DNA of 64,000 bases, from assembly GCA_045837725.1 (NCBI GenBank), contig JBEWZL010000264.1, positions 1 to 64,000 on the forward strand, in the 5' to 3' direction. The translations under genes and the position numbers were made by a program. The stretch comes from Vermamoeba vermiformis. Taxonomy: Eukaryota. Below, piece by piece: positions 49,607-64,000 of the stretch (its first letter is position 1; every line of letters begins with the position of its first letter). Under the pieces are notes generated by a model, which was given only the letters and a program-made list of their open reading frames with translations, did no database searches and was not told where the DNA came from.

Positions 49607-52600
49607 ATGGAGCAACGACTTTCGTGGTTGTTCATTTTCTTCATCGTGCAGTACTCCAGCGCTGCTGTGTTTACACCTGGTAACTTGTTAGTTACACGAT
49701 CGGGAACAAACAGTAGGTTTAAACTCAAAAACAGAATTTTAAAATTTTACTTAACTTAATAATCAAAAGGTGCTGTACTTCAAGCGAGCAATGCTCTCTT
49801 TGTTGACGAAATTAGTCTTAATGGTACTTTAGTACAATCTGTTCCCTTAAAGTAAGTATTTTGGATACTGTACGAAAAAGTTTTAACCGCCGATCAGCTG
49901 CGTTGTTGGTAACACAGTTCTCTGGGCTGCTCTTCAAACTTCTCCCGACGAGAAGTTCGCATCTACTGCCTGCTACCCTGGCTCTGCTGGATCAACCGCG
50001 CCATCGAGCTCGGATCGTCTTGCCCAAACTTTAATTGCTAATAGCAGCGTTATAACCACAACAATTACGAACAGTTTGAGCGCTCGTACTCCTTACTGCG
50101 CCCTTACCAACGGTATTGGTGTTGCTGTTGGTACAAGCTCGGGTGTATTATCTCTTACCATGTTTGGAGCTAGTGGTGCTGCTTCGACCGGCACTGGCAG
50201 TTTTGTCAATGTTGGTACCTCTGTCGCCATCTACAACGTTCAACGAGTGGCCAGCGCAACTTACGTTAGTTCGTTGGGTCTGACTACCCCTTTCATCATC
50301 GGTACTATTAGTGGCAGCGCTGCATCCAACAATCCAGTCACCCCTGTTTTCAACGCTAGCCTCGTCTCTCCCTCTCTCCCATCTTCCTACGGTACCTTCG
50401 TCTATAACGCCACTGAAATCTACGGTACCAGCGCTTCGTACATTTGGAAGGCTTCCACCGTCGACGGCGCCACATGGACTGCCATCACCTTAAACATCGC
50501 CACTCCTGCCAACGGTATCACTGTCCGCGACATCAACGGCGTGCGCACTGTCTTCTTCACTCTCGAGTCTGCTTTGTACAGAACTACTGAGGTCAATGGC
50601 GCTTTCACTCCTGCAGTTGCTCTCCGCACCTTGAACAGCGGTAAAGCCCGTTTCCACGACGTTACTACTGTGCCCAACGCTTGCGTCGACGGTGAAAAGA
50701 ACTTGGCTGAAACTGATGTTGATTGCGGTGGATCTGTTTGCGGCAAGTGCGATACCGGAAAGGCATGCACTTTGCACACCGATTGCTCTTCAACTTATTG
50801 CGCTGCCGACACTGGCCTTTGCAGTAAGTAGTTGTTCACTTGTCGTCAGCGTTTACTAACTGATCGTTCAGCTACTCCAACTTGCCAGGACGGCGTGAAG
50901 AATAACCAAGAAACTGGCACTGACTGCGGTGGTCCTAACTGTGGCTCTTGCTCATCTGGTGGCTTTTGCACTCAGAACTCTGACTGCGTTAGTGGAGTGT
51001 GCACTGCTGGATCTTGCAGTAAGTGGATGAATTACCTGCGACCCTGCTTCATATTTTCTCACCTTTTTCCTGTCTAGTTGCCACTTGTAACGACGGCGAA
51101 AAGAATCAAGGCGAGTCTGACACCGATTGCGGTGGTCCTTGCGATGATTGCGCTGCTGGAAGAGACTGCAACAGCGGTAGCGACTGTGTTAGTGGTGTTT
51201 GCACAGGAAATGTTTGCCGTAAGTATATTATCCATTGACAGCGTCAGGAACTTAACCACTCATCATCATTGCAGAGGCCACATGTTCTGACAATGTTTTG
51301 AACAACGGAGAAACCGATACTGACTGCGGTGGTAGCAATTGTTCTCCCTGCAGAGAAGGCAAGACTTGCAACATCGAATCCGACTGCTATGGTACTTGCA
51401 GCATTGGCGTCTGCGGTAAGTTACATGTAACTTCGCGTGGAAGGTTTATTCGCCACTGAAACTAATTTCTTTGTGCGACAGTTGCCACTTGTGATGACGG
51501 ATTCGCGAACCAAGGCGAGTCAGCCGTTGACTGCGGTGGTGACACTCTATGCAATCGATGCTCTGCTGGTTTCGCTTGTGTACTGAACTCAGACTGCAAG
51601 GGCAATGAGTGTTCCGCCAACAAAACTTGCGGTAAGTTTCATTCTCAAAGTGCCTGCACAGTGAAGGTACGGCGACTGACGGCGGTTTCTTTCGTAGTTG
51701 CCAACTGCCAAGACAGTGAGCTCAACAACGGCGAGTCAGACACTGATTGTGGTGGCAACAACAGCTGTAACCGCTGCGCTGATGGCAAAAACTGTACCAG
51801 CGGATCCGATTGCGACAGCGGAGTTTGCGATGGAACTTGCCGTAAGTGTTGAGTCAAAAATTTTATGTACAGCGCTTTAAGTTTTGTTTTTCGATGAACA
51901 GAGACTCCTACCTGCGAAGACAATGTTTTAAACGGAGGAGAAACCGGCGTCGACTGCGGTGGCCCTTGCAACTATTGCGGTGCTGGTTCAGGTTGCAGCA
52001 CCGGTACAGATTGTGTCAGCGGTGTCTGCGAAGGCGGATTTTGCCGTAAGTTTAATATATATAAACTCGCCGTCATGGATTGGTTGAAATAATGTTACTC
52101 ATGGATTATCTATTACAGAGCCTACTTGCAACGACGGAGTCAAAAACAACGGCGAAACCGACATTGATTGCGGTGGCAACAAATGTGAAACTCGTTGCAA
52201 CTCTGGCAAGACATGCGTCTCTGGTACTGATTGCCGTAGTGGCATCTGCGATTCGACTCCAGGAGGAAACGTCTGCCGTAAGTCATTGCATATCGGTCGT
52301 TAGCGAGAGGCACGTGGTGCTAACGAAGATGATATTTAGGTGCCACTTGCTTTGACGGAGAACAGAACCTCGGTGAATCTGACATTGACTGCGGTGGTCC
52401 TAACTGCACTCGTTGCCGCGAATACAAGACATGCGGTATTAATGACGATTGCGTGAGTGGTGTGTGCAATGTCGTGATCAGGATCGATCTCAGTCGCTCT
52501 TTGGAGAACATCGCTAGCGTTGCTTCTGCTCCCTTTACTTGCGGTACGTAGTTTCAGGATTCAATCAAGCCTTAAAGAACAGCACAATAATATTTCACAA

Positions 52601-53854
52601 TTGTAGTTCCTACTTGCTCTGACGGCTACTTGAACAACAACGAGACTGACGTTGACTGCGGCGGTCCTAACTGCGCTGATTGCATCGGTCAGCCTTGCTC
52701 GAGTGACGTTGATTGCCCGGGCAGCTATTGCAACCCCAACAACAACATCTGCAGTAAGTGGACTACTACTCGGCACGTATATATTAGTGGTACTAATGAT
52801 GCTGTTTGCAGAGTTCTCTTGCCTCGACGAATTGGTCAACAACGGTGAGACCGACGTTGACTGCGGTGGTCCTAACTGCGTCGCTTGCAATGCTGGCTTA
52901 ACTTGCTCCCAAAACAGCGATTGCGTGAGCAATCTCTGCAGTGACCTTATTTGCCGTAAGTTATCACGTGATTAGTGTTACATTGCAGTCGTATTAACTT
53001 GGTGTGTTTGCGCAGAACCTACTTGCGATGACAACCAAAAGAACGGCAACGAAACTGGCATTGACTGCGGTAACGCTAGCGGATGCGGCCGCTGCTCTGC
53101 CAACAGTACTTGCTTGGCCAACAACGACTGCAAGAGCAACATTTGCCAAGGAGGATTTTGCAGTAAGTCCTTAGTGATTCTGATCGCATCCACATCCGTG
53201 TTTAGAACTGATGTTTTTCTTTGCTAGGTGCTTCTTGCAATGACGGTGAACAGAACCAAGGCGAGTCAGATCTTGACTGCGGTGCTGTTTGTGGCGGTAA
53301 CTGCGCCATCAACAAGCGTTGCACTACTTCCTCTGACTGCTCTAGCAACAGTTGTGAGGGTGGTTTGTGCGGTAAGTTTGAAAAAAAAAAGTGTTTTCGT
53401 TCATGAATGATGGAGACTAATTATACATTTTTTTCCTATTGTAGTGGTCTCTTGCCAAGACGGTGTACAGAATCAAGGCGAAACTGACGTTGACTGCGGT
53501 GGTGAGAAAAATGGCTGCTCTCGTTGCGCTGTCGGCAAGAGCTGCACAGTCTCTCTCGATTGCCAGCCTGGTTTGGACTGCACTGCGAACGTTTGCTGTA
53601 AGTAGCAGAGGATCTGTCGAAGTTTGTAGCCAAATCACATACCAATCTAACGCTGCTCTTTAGCCGAACCCGCCCCCATCTCCCCTCCTGTCCCTGAACC
53701 CGTCCCCGAACCTGTCGCTGAGCCTGTGGCCGAGCCTGTAGCCGAGCCTGTGGCCGTGCCTGTTGACGTGCCTGTTTCTAACAGTGTTTCATCTGCCTCG
53801 GTTTTGATGGTCGTCAGCTCTTTCGTTATGTTCATCGTAGCTTTATTAGCTTAA
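49607..53854 (+). CDS. Secreted, probably GPI-anchored surface protein: beta-rich N-terminal domain, 14 Cys-rich DCGG repeats and a PVAE stalk
   Basis: Signal peptide; repeat C-x-D(G/N)-xx-N-xx-E(T/S)-x-x-DCGG...C-xx-C...DC...C; PVPEPVAEPVAEP stalk; hydrophobic C-terminus. Confidence 0.88.
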
Positions 53855-54029
53855 ATCAGAAATAATCGATTCTGTAGATTTTAATACAAAAAGTGTGGCT
53901 ATTACCAGCCATTTTTGTTAATCATTTATTTCGCGTGTGGATCTTACCAGTTGCTCATCTTCTATCAAATTATCAAAAGTTATAAAGTGGTGTGGGTCGT
54001 TAACGAGTGCAAGTAATGGTACTGAGTAT

Positions 54030-56953
54030 TTATTTTCTGGCGTATGGAAATACTTTCTCACGCATGGGACTATAATACAAAGCGAGCAACAACACGCCAG
54101 TGACAACGATCAATCCACCAACCACAATCACGGCAATGGCCCAATCGGGAATCGAGGCATTAGGGCCACATTGATTCGCTTTAGGCAATACTAATGATAA
54201 TTGTGAAGGGTTGTACTGGATCTGGGGTTGATCCGTCAAACAAGCCGGTTGATTGATCTGCTTGAACTCGACTTCGTCAAAAGTACTATTACGACAAGCG
54301 TAATACATCAATACGAGCTCGTCATATGTCAAATTCAACTTGGCGTAATCAATTTCGATGATTAATTTGCCGTCAAATTCAATGCAATCTTTGCTGGTGA
54401 CAGTAATTGTCGCGCCAGTGGTCATCGTCATCGTTGTATTTTCAGTGAAAACAATCGTTGTGATTACTACTGGTTCACTGAACGTGCTGTCATCTGGCAC
54501 ACCTGTCACAAACAAATCGGTCAGCTAAGTCTGGTGAAAAAAGTGGTTGTTTCGTTTTCAGTGAACGCCGTTAATAAATTTGATAAATTTTGAGTGGCTT
54601 ACACGTGGTTTCAAGCGGCAAACAAGCTTGAGGAGCACAACAGAGCTGCGTGTTGTTCGCTGAGCACGTGACTACTGTCAAATCTTCTTGGTCCCAACAG
54701 CCGCTCAAGAGAGTGTTGAACAGCTTTCTAAATTTGGAAATGTATTAGTATGGAAACTACACGAGCAAATTATGTTGTTATTCACTGAAAATTACGGTAA
54801 TCAACTAGCTGATTACGGCTAAAAAATTAACGGATCTTTTGTTACAAAGGGGATCTAAGCTTGTATTGCCTATATTAGGAAATGCATTCGTTCCTTACAC
54901 TACAGTAAGCTTCGGACTTCCTATTTTGGGAATTGGTCCCGAAATCTGAGTGTTGGCAAGCGACAACACCTCCAAATTTGTTAATAAGTCGAGCGGCGGC
55001 AAAGTCCCCGTTAAATTTGTTCCTGCTAATGTCCTAAATAACCATATTAGTCATTTCACTAAAATACTTGCAAAGATTATGACAAATAAAAATTTTGTTG
55101 TCCAACACCAATTTTTTCAGTGAACGAAGAAATTTCACGTATATATCGATCTATGGGAACAGAGGCACTTACAATGTTTGCAGATCAAATTTTTGCATTA
55201 TCCACTCCGGCACAGTGCCACTGAATGAATTGCCAGTGACGTCCCTGGTCAGTGTTAGTCACGTGATTGATTGCTGTCACTTTACAAGTAGGTCAAAGAT
55301 CCCGCCAAGAGCGGAAGAGGTCCGTAGAACTTTGCATTGGGCAATATCCTAATTAGGACAAAAAAAATGTTAGCTCCAGTACAAAACTGAAATTTCAGTC
55401 TAAAAAGGATTTTAAAGCACTTCTACAAATAAAATATTACATGAAAACGATGGAATGGGGTATATATATATACATAGGTTTGTACTAAGGGTGTTTCGAA
55501 AACTTACAGCAATTCGAGACTAGATCTGGCCGCGAGTGAACTTGGAATAGTTCCAGTAAGCTCTGTGTTGCTCGCTTCACTGAAAATATTACGAATTAGG
55601 CATATTTAAATAAATGATAATATTGGGATTGATATAATCTCCGATAACTGCACTCACAAAGTGTTCAGATTCGCCATGTTAGCGAAAAAGTCATCAGGAA
55701 ATGCGCCAGAGAATTGATTATTTCCTATTCGCCTATAAAATTGCATTAATTTAACTAGAATTTACCTAATTTAATTACAAGCAAGCATAATACGTACATG
55801 ATTCGAAGTTCTGAGAGGGATGCGTACTCGATCGGAATCGTACCGTTTAATAAGTTATTGTAAATGTTCCTAAATAGTCATCGTATTAATATATATGTAG
55901 ATATATCATATTTTAGCCTACTTACAATTCCACCAAATTTAATAACGTGCCTAAATTTGCTGGTAATTCGCCGGTCAATTTGTTCCCTCCCAACTTTCTA
56001 TAAAGAGTTATTAAATATATACCTAGTTGCTTACTTACATATAAGCAAGATTAGGCGCTTTATCCAGCCATTTTGGGAAGTTGCCACTCAGATTCGCTCC
56101 CTCGATCAACCTGATCCAAAATAAATTTCATACCGAGAAGTATTTGACGGTAATTTGCCTTACATGTATTTAAGAGTAGGCGAGGGAGTGAAACCTGGAA
56201 AGTCAATAATGCCGTCAATGCCGGTGTAAGACAGATCTCTGTTTCGCAGAAAATATTAGTTAAAATATTTTGTCTTAGGTTTGGTACGTACACCCTTTCA
56301 ATGCTCGGGAGCAAAAATATTGGGTTTAATAATGCGCCTGATATTTTAGTACACCCATACAATACTCTACAAGCCAAATAAAAGTCAGTACAAAAATCGA
56401 ACTGGATCCGGATGTAGTTCACTTACAGGTTTATAAGCGCTGGATACGTTGTAGCAAACGTAAAAGTGTTTAAAAGACCGGTTACATTCTTATTGTTCAT
56501 CATGGACCTTAGATCGTAAAGACTTAGAGACCAACGGATCAAATCTCGAGCTGGTAAGTACTTACAATGTCGTCAAATATGGAAATGAACCAGAGATAGT
56601 AAAAGGAATGATCAGTAGTTGTATTTCCCAATTTGGAAAGGTAGGCCGAAATAACAACGAATCCGACAAGGTAATATTCAAATTAAAACGCTTAAATATT
56701 CATCATACGTAATTATTTGACAAATTAATCAAGGTCTAAATTGAATTTTGAAATTTAGTAATCGAAAAATGACTTACATCTCCTGAGGCTCGGTCGCATT
56801 GAAGCATTTAACGCCGGGCCAAGTACAACAATTATCTGTATTAGGCATAGGATACCCTAATGACGTTGCTAGCTCAACAATGGCCATCGCATCCATACAG
56901 CAGATTAGCCCAAAAAACAGCGCTAGATGCGCCAATAAATGGCGCTGCCGCAT
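54030..56953 (-). CDS. LRR-containing single-pass membrane receptor-like protein (no kinase domain)
   Basis: Signal peptide and CCTWPGVKC LRR cap. Plant-type LRRs (NNLLNGTIP, NNQFSGAFP, GNSFSGTVP, NTQISGPIP). TM helix WAIAVIVVGGLIVVTGVLLLAL and a short tail. Confidence 0.85.
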
Positions 56954-57670
56954 GTTAACGGTAGTACTTAGCACAAATATGTTCGATATTATGAATAAAA
57001 TTAAATAATAAGATTCTGCTGGCAATAATTTTTATCTACAGTAAATTTGCAACAGCGGCAATCATAAAGAACTAAGTAGTTTAATAATTGAATAGTAATG
57101 ATAGGGAATATGTATATCGTAATGTATGTACGCACGTTATCTCGGATAAAGAAGATTGTCGAGCAGATCGTGTGACAATTTGTCTCCGGATTTATTTTTT
57201 TTGGTTGGCAGTGAAAGATTAATACCGCAAATAAATTCGTAGATTATGATACCAAAATTAAAGCATTATTTTAGAGCTGATAGCGTACGAAGCTTAGATG
57301 CCGAATCTACTTTTACCGGAGGCACCCTGTGAATTCACCGGAAGGGCTGAAGGTCGTGATTCAGTTATGAATGCATAGTCTTGAATAGTGCACGCAGTTA
57401 CCGCTCGTCTTATCTTAATGTAGGTTTAATAATGCTGCAGCAAAACGGAATTCCCTGTCCGAGCCAACAAAAATTCTGAATTTTTTAATTTGGCACTTTT
57501 TTTTGACCACCCAGCCCGCCCACGACAAATGAAAGCTTGTTCTAGCATGTTATTTATTTGTTAATGTATATATAGGCCTCGATAATGCATCAGTGAATCA
57601 AAGATCCCGAATCAGGAGTTTTTCCCATCTGACAAAAGAACGAAGAAAGGAGAAATTAATCGGTCAATTA

Positions 57671-60600
57671 ATGGATAAAGAAGGGATATTAATGAATTCG
57701 ATTTTTCCATTAGAAATTGTGGTAAGTAATCGGAACTTTTTGCTGCATCTAGATGGTAAAGAAAATAAGAATTCCAATTTCGATACTTTCGGTCGGACCC
57801 GAATAAATATATTTAATACAATACGATTACAATTAATAAATATTGATTCTGCCGGTATATTCCCGTGCACGAAGTAGATTCCCTTACTTTTCGAATTCCC
57901 CAATTTTTTTTATTTATACCCAATTTATTGTCTAATAATTATATATATTATCATATTATATTCATTAATAGTGATTCAGTTCGTTTCGGATCTCGCACGA
58001 AATTTAGCCACTTTGTTTTATAATTCTGTCACACAGTGACACCAGCCTTCATTTTCGAAATGTAATGCGAATATTAAGCTAATTTTACCTTAATTAGGAA
58101 TATTTATTCTATTTTTTGGATGGCCACACTTTATTGAACTGCAGCGAGACGTGTAAAAGCTGGAACGAATTGTCGGATAATAGGAAGATTTGGAGCGAGG
58201 CATTTGAGCGTTATTTATCTATATTTAACGACAAGACTAAGAAATATGTTAAAAGAGTGCTAAAATATGAGCGGAGATTGCAAAGAACAAAAGACGGATG
58301 GCGCGGATTCGTTCAACTAAAACTCTCAAATGAACGGAAGAAAGAAACGGCTAAAGATCCAAAGTACCAGTTCTTAGTCTTAGTAAGTCTTATTTGTCAT
58401 ATTTAGCTCATACGAACAAATTTAAACTTGCCGTATTGGCACGAATTTATTATTATTGGCAAATTAACCTCGAAAAGACCTACGTTAATAATATGACTAT
58501 AGGAATGCTCTATTAACGATATTATAACGGTTCTATTGCGTTAAGGCGCTGGATCTTGCGAGGCAAAAACTAATCTGCTTTCTTCCGTATTTTATAGGCT
58601 AATATCTGCATGGTGACCTCAGAATTCGATTCTCTTTTTGTAGATAAGTCATACGAACAATATGAACCGGTGAGTAACTACTAAACGACATTTGATTGTG
58701 ATTCAGTTCACGGAACGAAAACAGGACCTTGTAGATCCAGTTTGAATCGTTTAAAATAGGATAATATTTGGCTGTGTATATACATGATAGCGTATTAATG
58801 TTATATTTAGCGACGGATCTTTACTTCTATCGCGGATGCGGTCTTGAATTGTAAACGAGAAGGATTCATCTATATCAGTCGCGGCAACTACAACGACGAG
58901 CGATTGGACTTTGATAAGCCTATTCACATCATAGGACACGAGGTAATTAGCCTATTTGTGCTGATATTTCCGTTTTTCTGTATTAAGAAAATTGAGCTTT
59001 ATTTAATTTTAGAGCTAAAAATAGCTTGGCAAATTGCTTTATTGTACCTACATATACATACATTAAGGGAATACAGCATTAACGTCATTATATAGGCTGC
59101 ACGAATCAATAGCCCTCAGATCTACATCCGGCTTGCGCCGAGAGAAGAGATCAGCTTTTATAACCTTTCGTTTTGTTGGCCTAGCGAGGCTGAACCGGCA
59201 ACACGAGAGTTTATAATACATTCAGGCATATTATCCGTTCATAAATGCGATATGATAAGGCGGAATCAACAGCATCATGGTACGTTTTAAGAAAAGACTC
59301 GAAATTTTCTTTGCTTTGAACCCCAAAGCCCCATAATGACTCTATATACGGTAGTTATAAGTCTACTGTAGTTAAATTTAAATTTACGGATTACGAGGTC
59401 TATTTTTAGAATTAAGGATCCGATCTAACTCCGCGAAACTTTTAGTTGAAGTCCTGGTTAAGAAAGGTGCCGTATTGAACATGCTAGAGGTCAATATTAG
59501 ATATCAAGACGATAAAGAGAAAATCAGCTTCATTACAGTTGAAGGATCAGCATCCATCGTCAAGTCAAATATTGTGTCGAGGACAATTGCAGCAGTTCGC
59601 GTTGAAAAAGGCGCAGATGTGCTATTAGAACAAACTAGCGTAAGCGCCATATCTATTACTACCTTCCTACTGAATTCTAAAATTTTGGTTCGATCTGTAG
59701 ATCTCAGCTCTAGACTATGCAGTAGTGATGATGGACGATGCCCTATTAGAGATGTCTGATACTAAATCAGATTCGCTCTTAATCAACGAAGAATGTGGCG
59801 CTATACTGCTGCGACAACTAAAATCAGAAGATCCACAAAAAATCTCCGCTGCATGCGTTACCTTAGGAGACTTGAAGAGGATAGGTACGTCATAGCACCC
59901 TAATATATTATATTATCCTTATTAACACTCAAAAGATGCATTGCAATCAATTGTTGATGTCATGTCTGCCTACAACGATAATTTACTTGTTGTACGTGGA
60001 GCGCTATTTGCTTTAAATAAGCTTGTATATGCTATCGACTCTAGTGGTATGTTATATATATGATTATATTGACTATAGGTGGGTATTAATATTTTTTCTA
60101 AAGGCGAGATCCCTGGAGGCAAAATGGATCTGTTGTGGCTGATCAAGCCGGTTGTAGATATTAGTCATAGATATATTTCGAACTCCGTAGTTACAAACAA
60201 TGCGTTCAATATCCTGCGGAATCAACGTAAGTACTTAAAATTTAAATTCTAATTTTCTAATAATTTTGTCTTTGCAGTAATTTATCACAAAGACAATTCG
60301 ACAGTGATCGATGCGATATGGGGAATGGACTGCGTAAATTTGGTTATTGAAGCTATGGAGCACCATGCAAATGCTAGAAAGCCTAAAGCGTTTTTGCACG
60401 TTGTAGATTTTTTGACGACCCTCGTGATCCGGTTACGAAAAGTCGATTATGGTACGTCCGATATAGGTCCTATTTATACCATATACTAAGCTCGGTACCT
60501 TCATTTAGACCAAGCAAAGAACGCTGAACTGATGCGAAGGCTAGTCGAGGCAAAGACCTTAAATGTCTTCGTTGAAGAGGCCCAAAAATTGTTAGACGAT

Positions 60601-63600
60601 TATCAGTTCAAATACATGGAAGCGATTCTGCGGTTTATGTTTATGATAGCTAGTGGAGGTACGTAATATTATATAATATTCTATAGATACTTCAAATACT
60701 TCCGTTGGATCTCGTCAAAAAAATCGTAACAATAATTTGTGCTATTTTAGTAATTATTAATCGGCGAGGCAAATAATTTAGGCACTTGGTTGCCATTAAT
60801 ACTCAATATAGTATTTAACAACTTACTATGAGTAACCTATGGATCTGGCTAACATTTTTTTGTTCTAGTGTCAATTGAACTCGGCAATCTGGGCGTGATG
60901 GGCTTTATATTGAACGTGATCAGATACGAAGGATTTGCGCGCCAATCACCGAAATTGATCAGCATTACATTCGAGCTCATGTCGCGAATACTACAAACGG
61001 GTTATTACGACTTTATGGAAAAGAATGGCGTAGAATTATTGATGCAGCTCGTGTTTGACGACAAACAGTTCAAAGACAACGAAAAGATCACTGCGCAAAT
61101 TATGGAGATATTTTATTGGCTTGTTTTTCAAGGTAAGTTTTGTGGATCGAGATCGGGACCTGGATCTGGATCTACTTTTCTTTTTGTTTGTTTTTAACAC
61201 AAAATATCTCGTTTATTTCTATTCTTGTGATCGATTAACGAACTTTGCACAATTCACAAAAATCTCCTTATCCAGAATGAAACTGGAATTCCAATTTCTA
61301 TTTTTGGCGTCGCCGTAAATCCAGTCCCCTATTCGTCTTCGATGCTAAATATCAAATATATTCATTTACTAGCGTCTTATGATAAAATTCTTCGGGTTAA
61401 ACTGACAAACTTATTCTTTTTTCAGAATGCGAACGAGACAAAACTACTGTCAAAATTATGCTGCAGCCTGAGAATAGACGCGCTTTGTTAAGTCTCTTAA
61501 CGGACTATTTTGCACGAAACGCTGAGATTTCAACACGCATCGTGGCCATCTTGGAAAATTTGGCTCGAGAGCCTGAAGCCAAATCATTCTTGCAAGAAGA
61601 TGCAGTTGAATTGGTGGCTAATTGCATGCGCTTAAATAATCAAAATGCAAATTTAGTTGGATATTGCTGTGGATTTTTCCGCAGTTTGTTGCTAAACATC
61701 AATGTTGACCAAGGTACGCCTAATTTAGTAATTGCCTTATTTGGTCAATACTCTAACCGTATATTATAGGCGAGCTTAACCGTCGATTTACAACATTGGA
61801 CCTTTTACCGACAATATTCAACTATTTTACAGCTCATACAACCAACTATGGCACGTACTATGAAATTTCATTTATTGCCTCGTACTTGGCTAGCAAAGGC
61901 CGCTGGTCTTGTATCAATGAACGAGAAGTGCAGTGCTTTATGGAAGGCGCGTTGGACATTAAATCAGGCCGTAAGACGGTCTTCCCGGTCTCGAAGGTCT
62001 TTTACATGATGGCAAAACGAGGTACGTACTCTACTTGCTTCAAAATTTCCTTATTAGGCAATGCTAACTTAATTTGGATTAGAATCGCTACGACCGACAA
62101 TTATGAACCATTTGAAGGCTTTGTCAAGGTTACGTGTCACGCCGAATGACCAACAAGTGTTGACTGCCATCATCAACCAATTGACACTACAGCCTGTTGA
62201 AGTACGCAATAGCTTTGCGGACGAGGGGCTCTTAGACATTATGGACGAGATGTTGGCAATGGTGCAACAACAACTTTCAAAAAGTGCCATGGAACCGATG
62301 CACAGTAGTAACAATGTGCCTGCGAACGCCTCCAACGACGGAATTATCAAGAGGATGTCGTCTGGTAGCATTAACATTACAAATTTGGTCATGAAGCCTC
62401 CAACATTGCCCGAAGAAAATGAGGAAAAGGTTGAAGAAATTTCACCGAGCCACGAAGAGAACAACGCGCCAGTCACGGTCACCGTCAGCGAAGAAAACAA
62501 CACCAATGAAATTTCACGACAAGACTCGTCAAGGCCGTTGTCTCGCAGCCATAGCAGTGCTCGTGCAAGTCTTGCAAGCAGTTCTGCGAGCTTGAATGTG
62601 AGCAATACGAGCAACGCCGTCACCGTGTCAAACGAGGAAGACACGATACTTGTGGACAGCAGACAAATGATCACACAGCCCGGAGATTACACGCACTTTA
62701 GCGAGAGTGCCAGCCTCAGATCGAGCAACAGCAGCGTATCGAATAACAACAATAGCTCGAAGAGTGAGACCTCCGTCAAGGCCGACATCGACTTGACCAA
62801 CTTCCAAATCGGCACGGCCTTGCAAAGTGTCGTGACGAACATTGGATCACCTCATCCTCACCGAAGCCGCACTCACAGTCACGCCGAAAAGAAAGAGAAA
62901 GAGAAGGATAAAGAGAAAGAAAAGGCGCGTCTGAAAGAATCGCACAGTAACTCCGCGGCAAATGTCATGAACATTGTCAAGCAAGCCAAGAAACGAAAAG
63001 CCAGCGCGAGCAAGAGCAACAATAACAACACTAATACCCATAGCGAAACGGAGGGGAGCTCGAGGCAAAGTGAAGACAACAGCAGCCTCGCTGAGAGTTA
63101 TTCCGCTGGTCAACACGTCGCTGCGAGTCTCATCAGCGATGCACGCGAAGTCGCAAGAAACACGTCACAGAAAGTCGCACAAATGGTCCTTAATCAACTC
63201 GGCACAATTCTTCGTTCGAGCAGCGAGGCAATTGAAGAGCCCTCTGACGAGTCGAGTTTCAGCGCGTCACAATCGGACAGCCTTCCCATCGTCCCTGGCA
63301 GTGGCACGAGCTCTACAGTGTCATCGTCAACCTCTAGCTTGCGTGAGAGTTATGCGACTCAAACACCGTCAACTAGTGCGCGATCGTTGCTTCGAAACAG
63401 TGGTAACTCGTTAGCGAACATGGGACTTGGCCTTGCGAACAGCTTGCAAGAGAGCAGCCTGCGGCCACACGACCCTCGCAGTGTGATGAACAGCGCGGAC
63501 ACTGACACGATTACGCACACGGCCTCGCGATCTACAATCACCACGAGCTCGTTGGGCACTATCGATGAAGGCAACAACACTAACATTGCTATCGACGCCT

Positions 63601-64000
63601 CTGCAGCGAGTTTTGTGCACGACAGCGCGATCATCAACGTTGACGTGGACAAATCAATGTCGGAACAACAGACCAATCAACAGCCTGCGGAGACTAAGGT
63701 AGTGGAAGTTATTCCGCCTATCACTGTCAACACGCACGGCACGCATGACAAGCATAACGTGCGCGACAGTTTGATGGGCAGTGCTGCCAACAGCACCAAC
63801 AACAGCGTTACAATCTTCAATGGCGCGTTGTTATCGTACTATGCCTTCACTTTGTACTACATGCTCGACTCTGTGGGTCGCTTAGCTGAGTCAGGTACGT
63901 CAGTCTCACCATTATAATATGGTCATATGACTAAATATAGTTATTTTCTCAGAGGAAATTAGGTCCAAATATAGCAACGAGCTGATCCAGATCTACAAAA
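57671..64000 (+). CDS. Large F-box protein with beta-helix-like and ARM-like regions and a long S/N-rich low-complexity segment; continues beyond the window
   Basis: F-box IFPLEIV|EYLFYFLDGHTLLNCSETCKSW. SIADAV...GFIYISRGNYNDERLDFDKPIHIIG resembles an FBXO11-like beta-helix start. ARM-like helical exons follow, with a donor GTACGT at ~63895. Confidence 0.75.

Noticed and set aside
57290-57510. Possible ncRNA ending in a T-tract
   Set aside because: No recognisable tRNA, snRNA, SRP or RNase P/MRP motifs.

Overview
Eukaryotic, gene-dense and intron-rich genomic DNA, with short GT(A/C)AGT...CTAAC...YAG introns of about 45-120 nt and the standard code. The gene repertoire suggests a free-living amoeboid protist, probably Amoebozoa (inference). 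The window has two parts. (1) About 1-9990 is an atypical, CpG-eroded block. It carries a divergent NEIL1/Fpg-Nei-like glycosylase gene, a 40-bp x ~18 hairpin-forming tandem array, and a divergent histone H3 placed head-to-head with a Bro-N-like acidic-tail gene. It also holds a small F-box/ankyrin-like gene, an array of 26-bp palindromes and an almost CpG-free decayed segment. This looks like a methylated, virus- or transposon-derived chromatin module, but no transposase or capsid gene is visible. (2) About 10-64 kb holds host-type genes: a CRT-like transporter, a GRAM/EF-hand PIP kinase, a multi-RA-domain protein, an ATM1/HMT1-type ABC half-transporter, F-box/LRR, a ~2700-aa helical protein, BPI/LBP, Kelch-RING, a C2H2 protein, a basic repeat protein, CH-LIM, F-box proteins, an Atg29-like protein, a probably GPI-anchored 14x DCGG-repeat surface protein and an LRR receptor-like protein. 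Exon structures were inferred by eye and homologies come from recalled motifs, not database searches.
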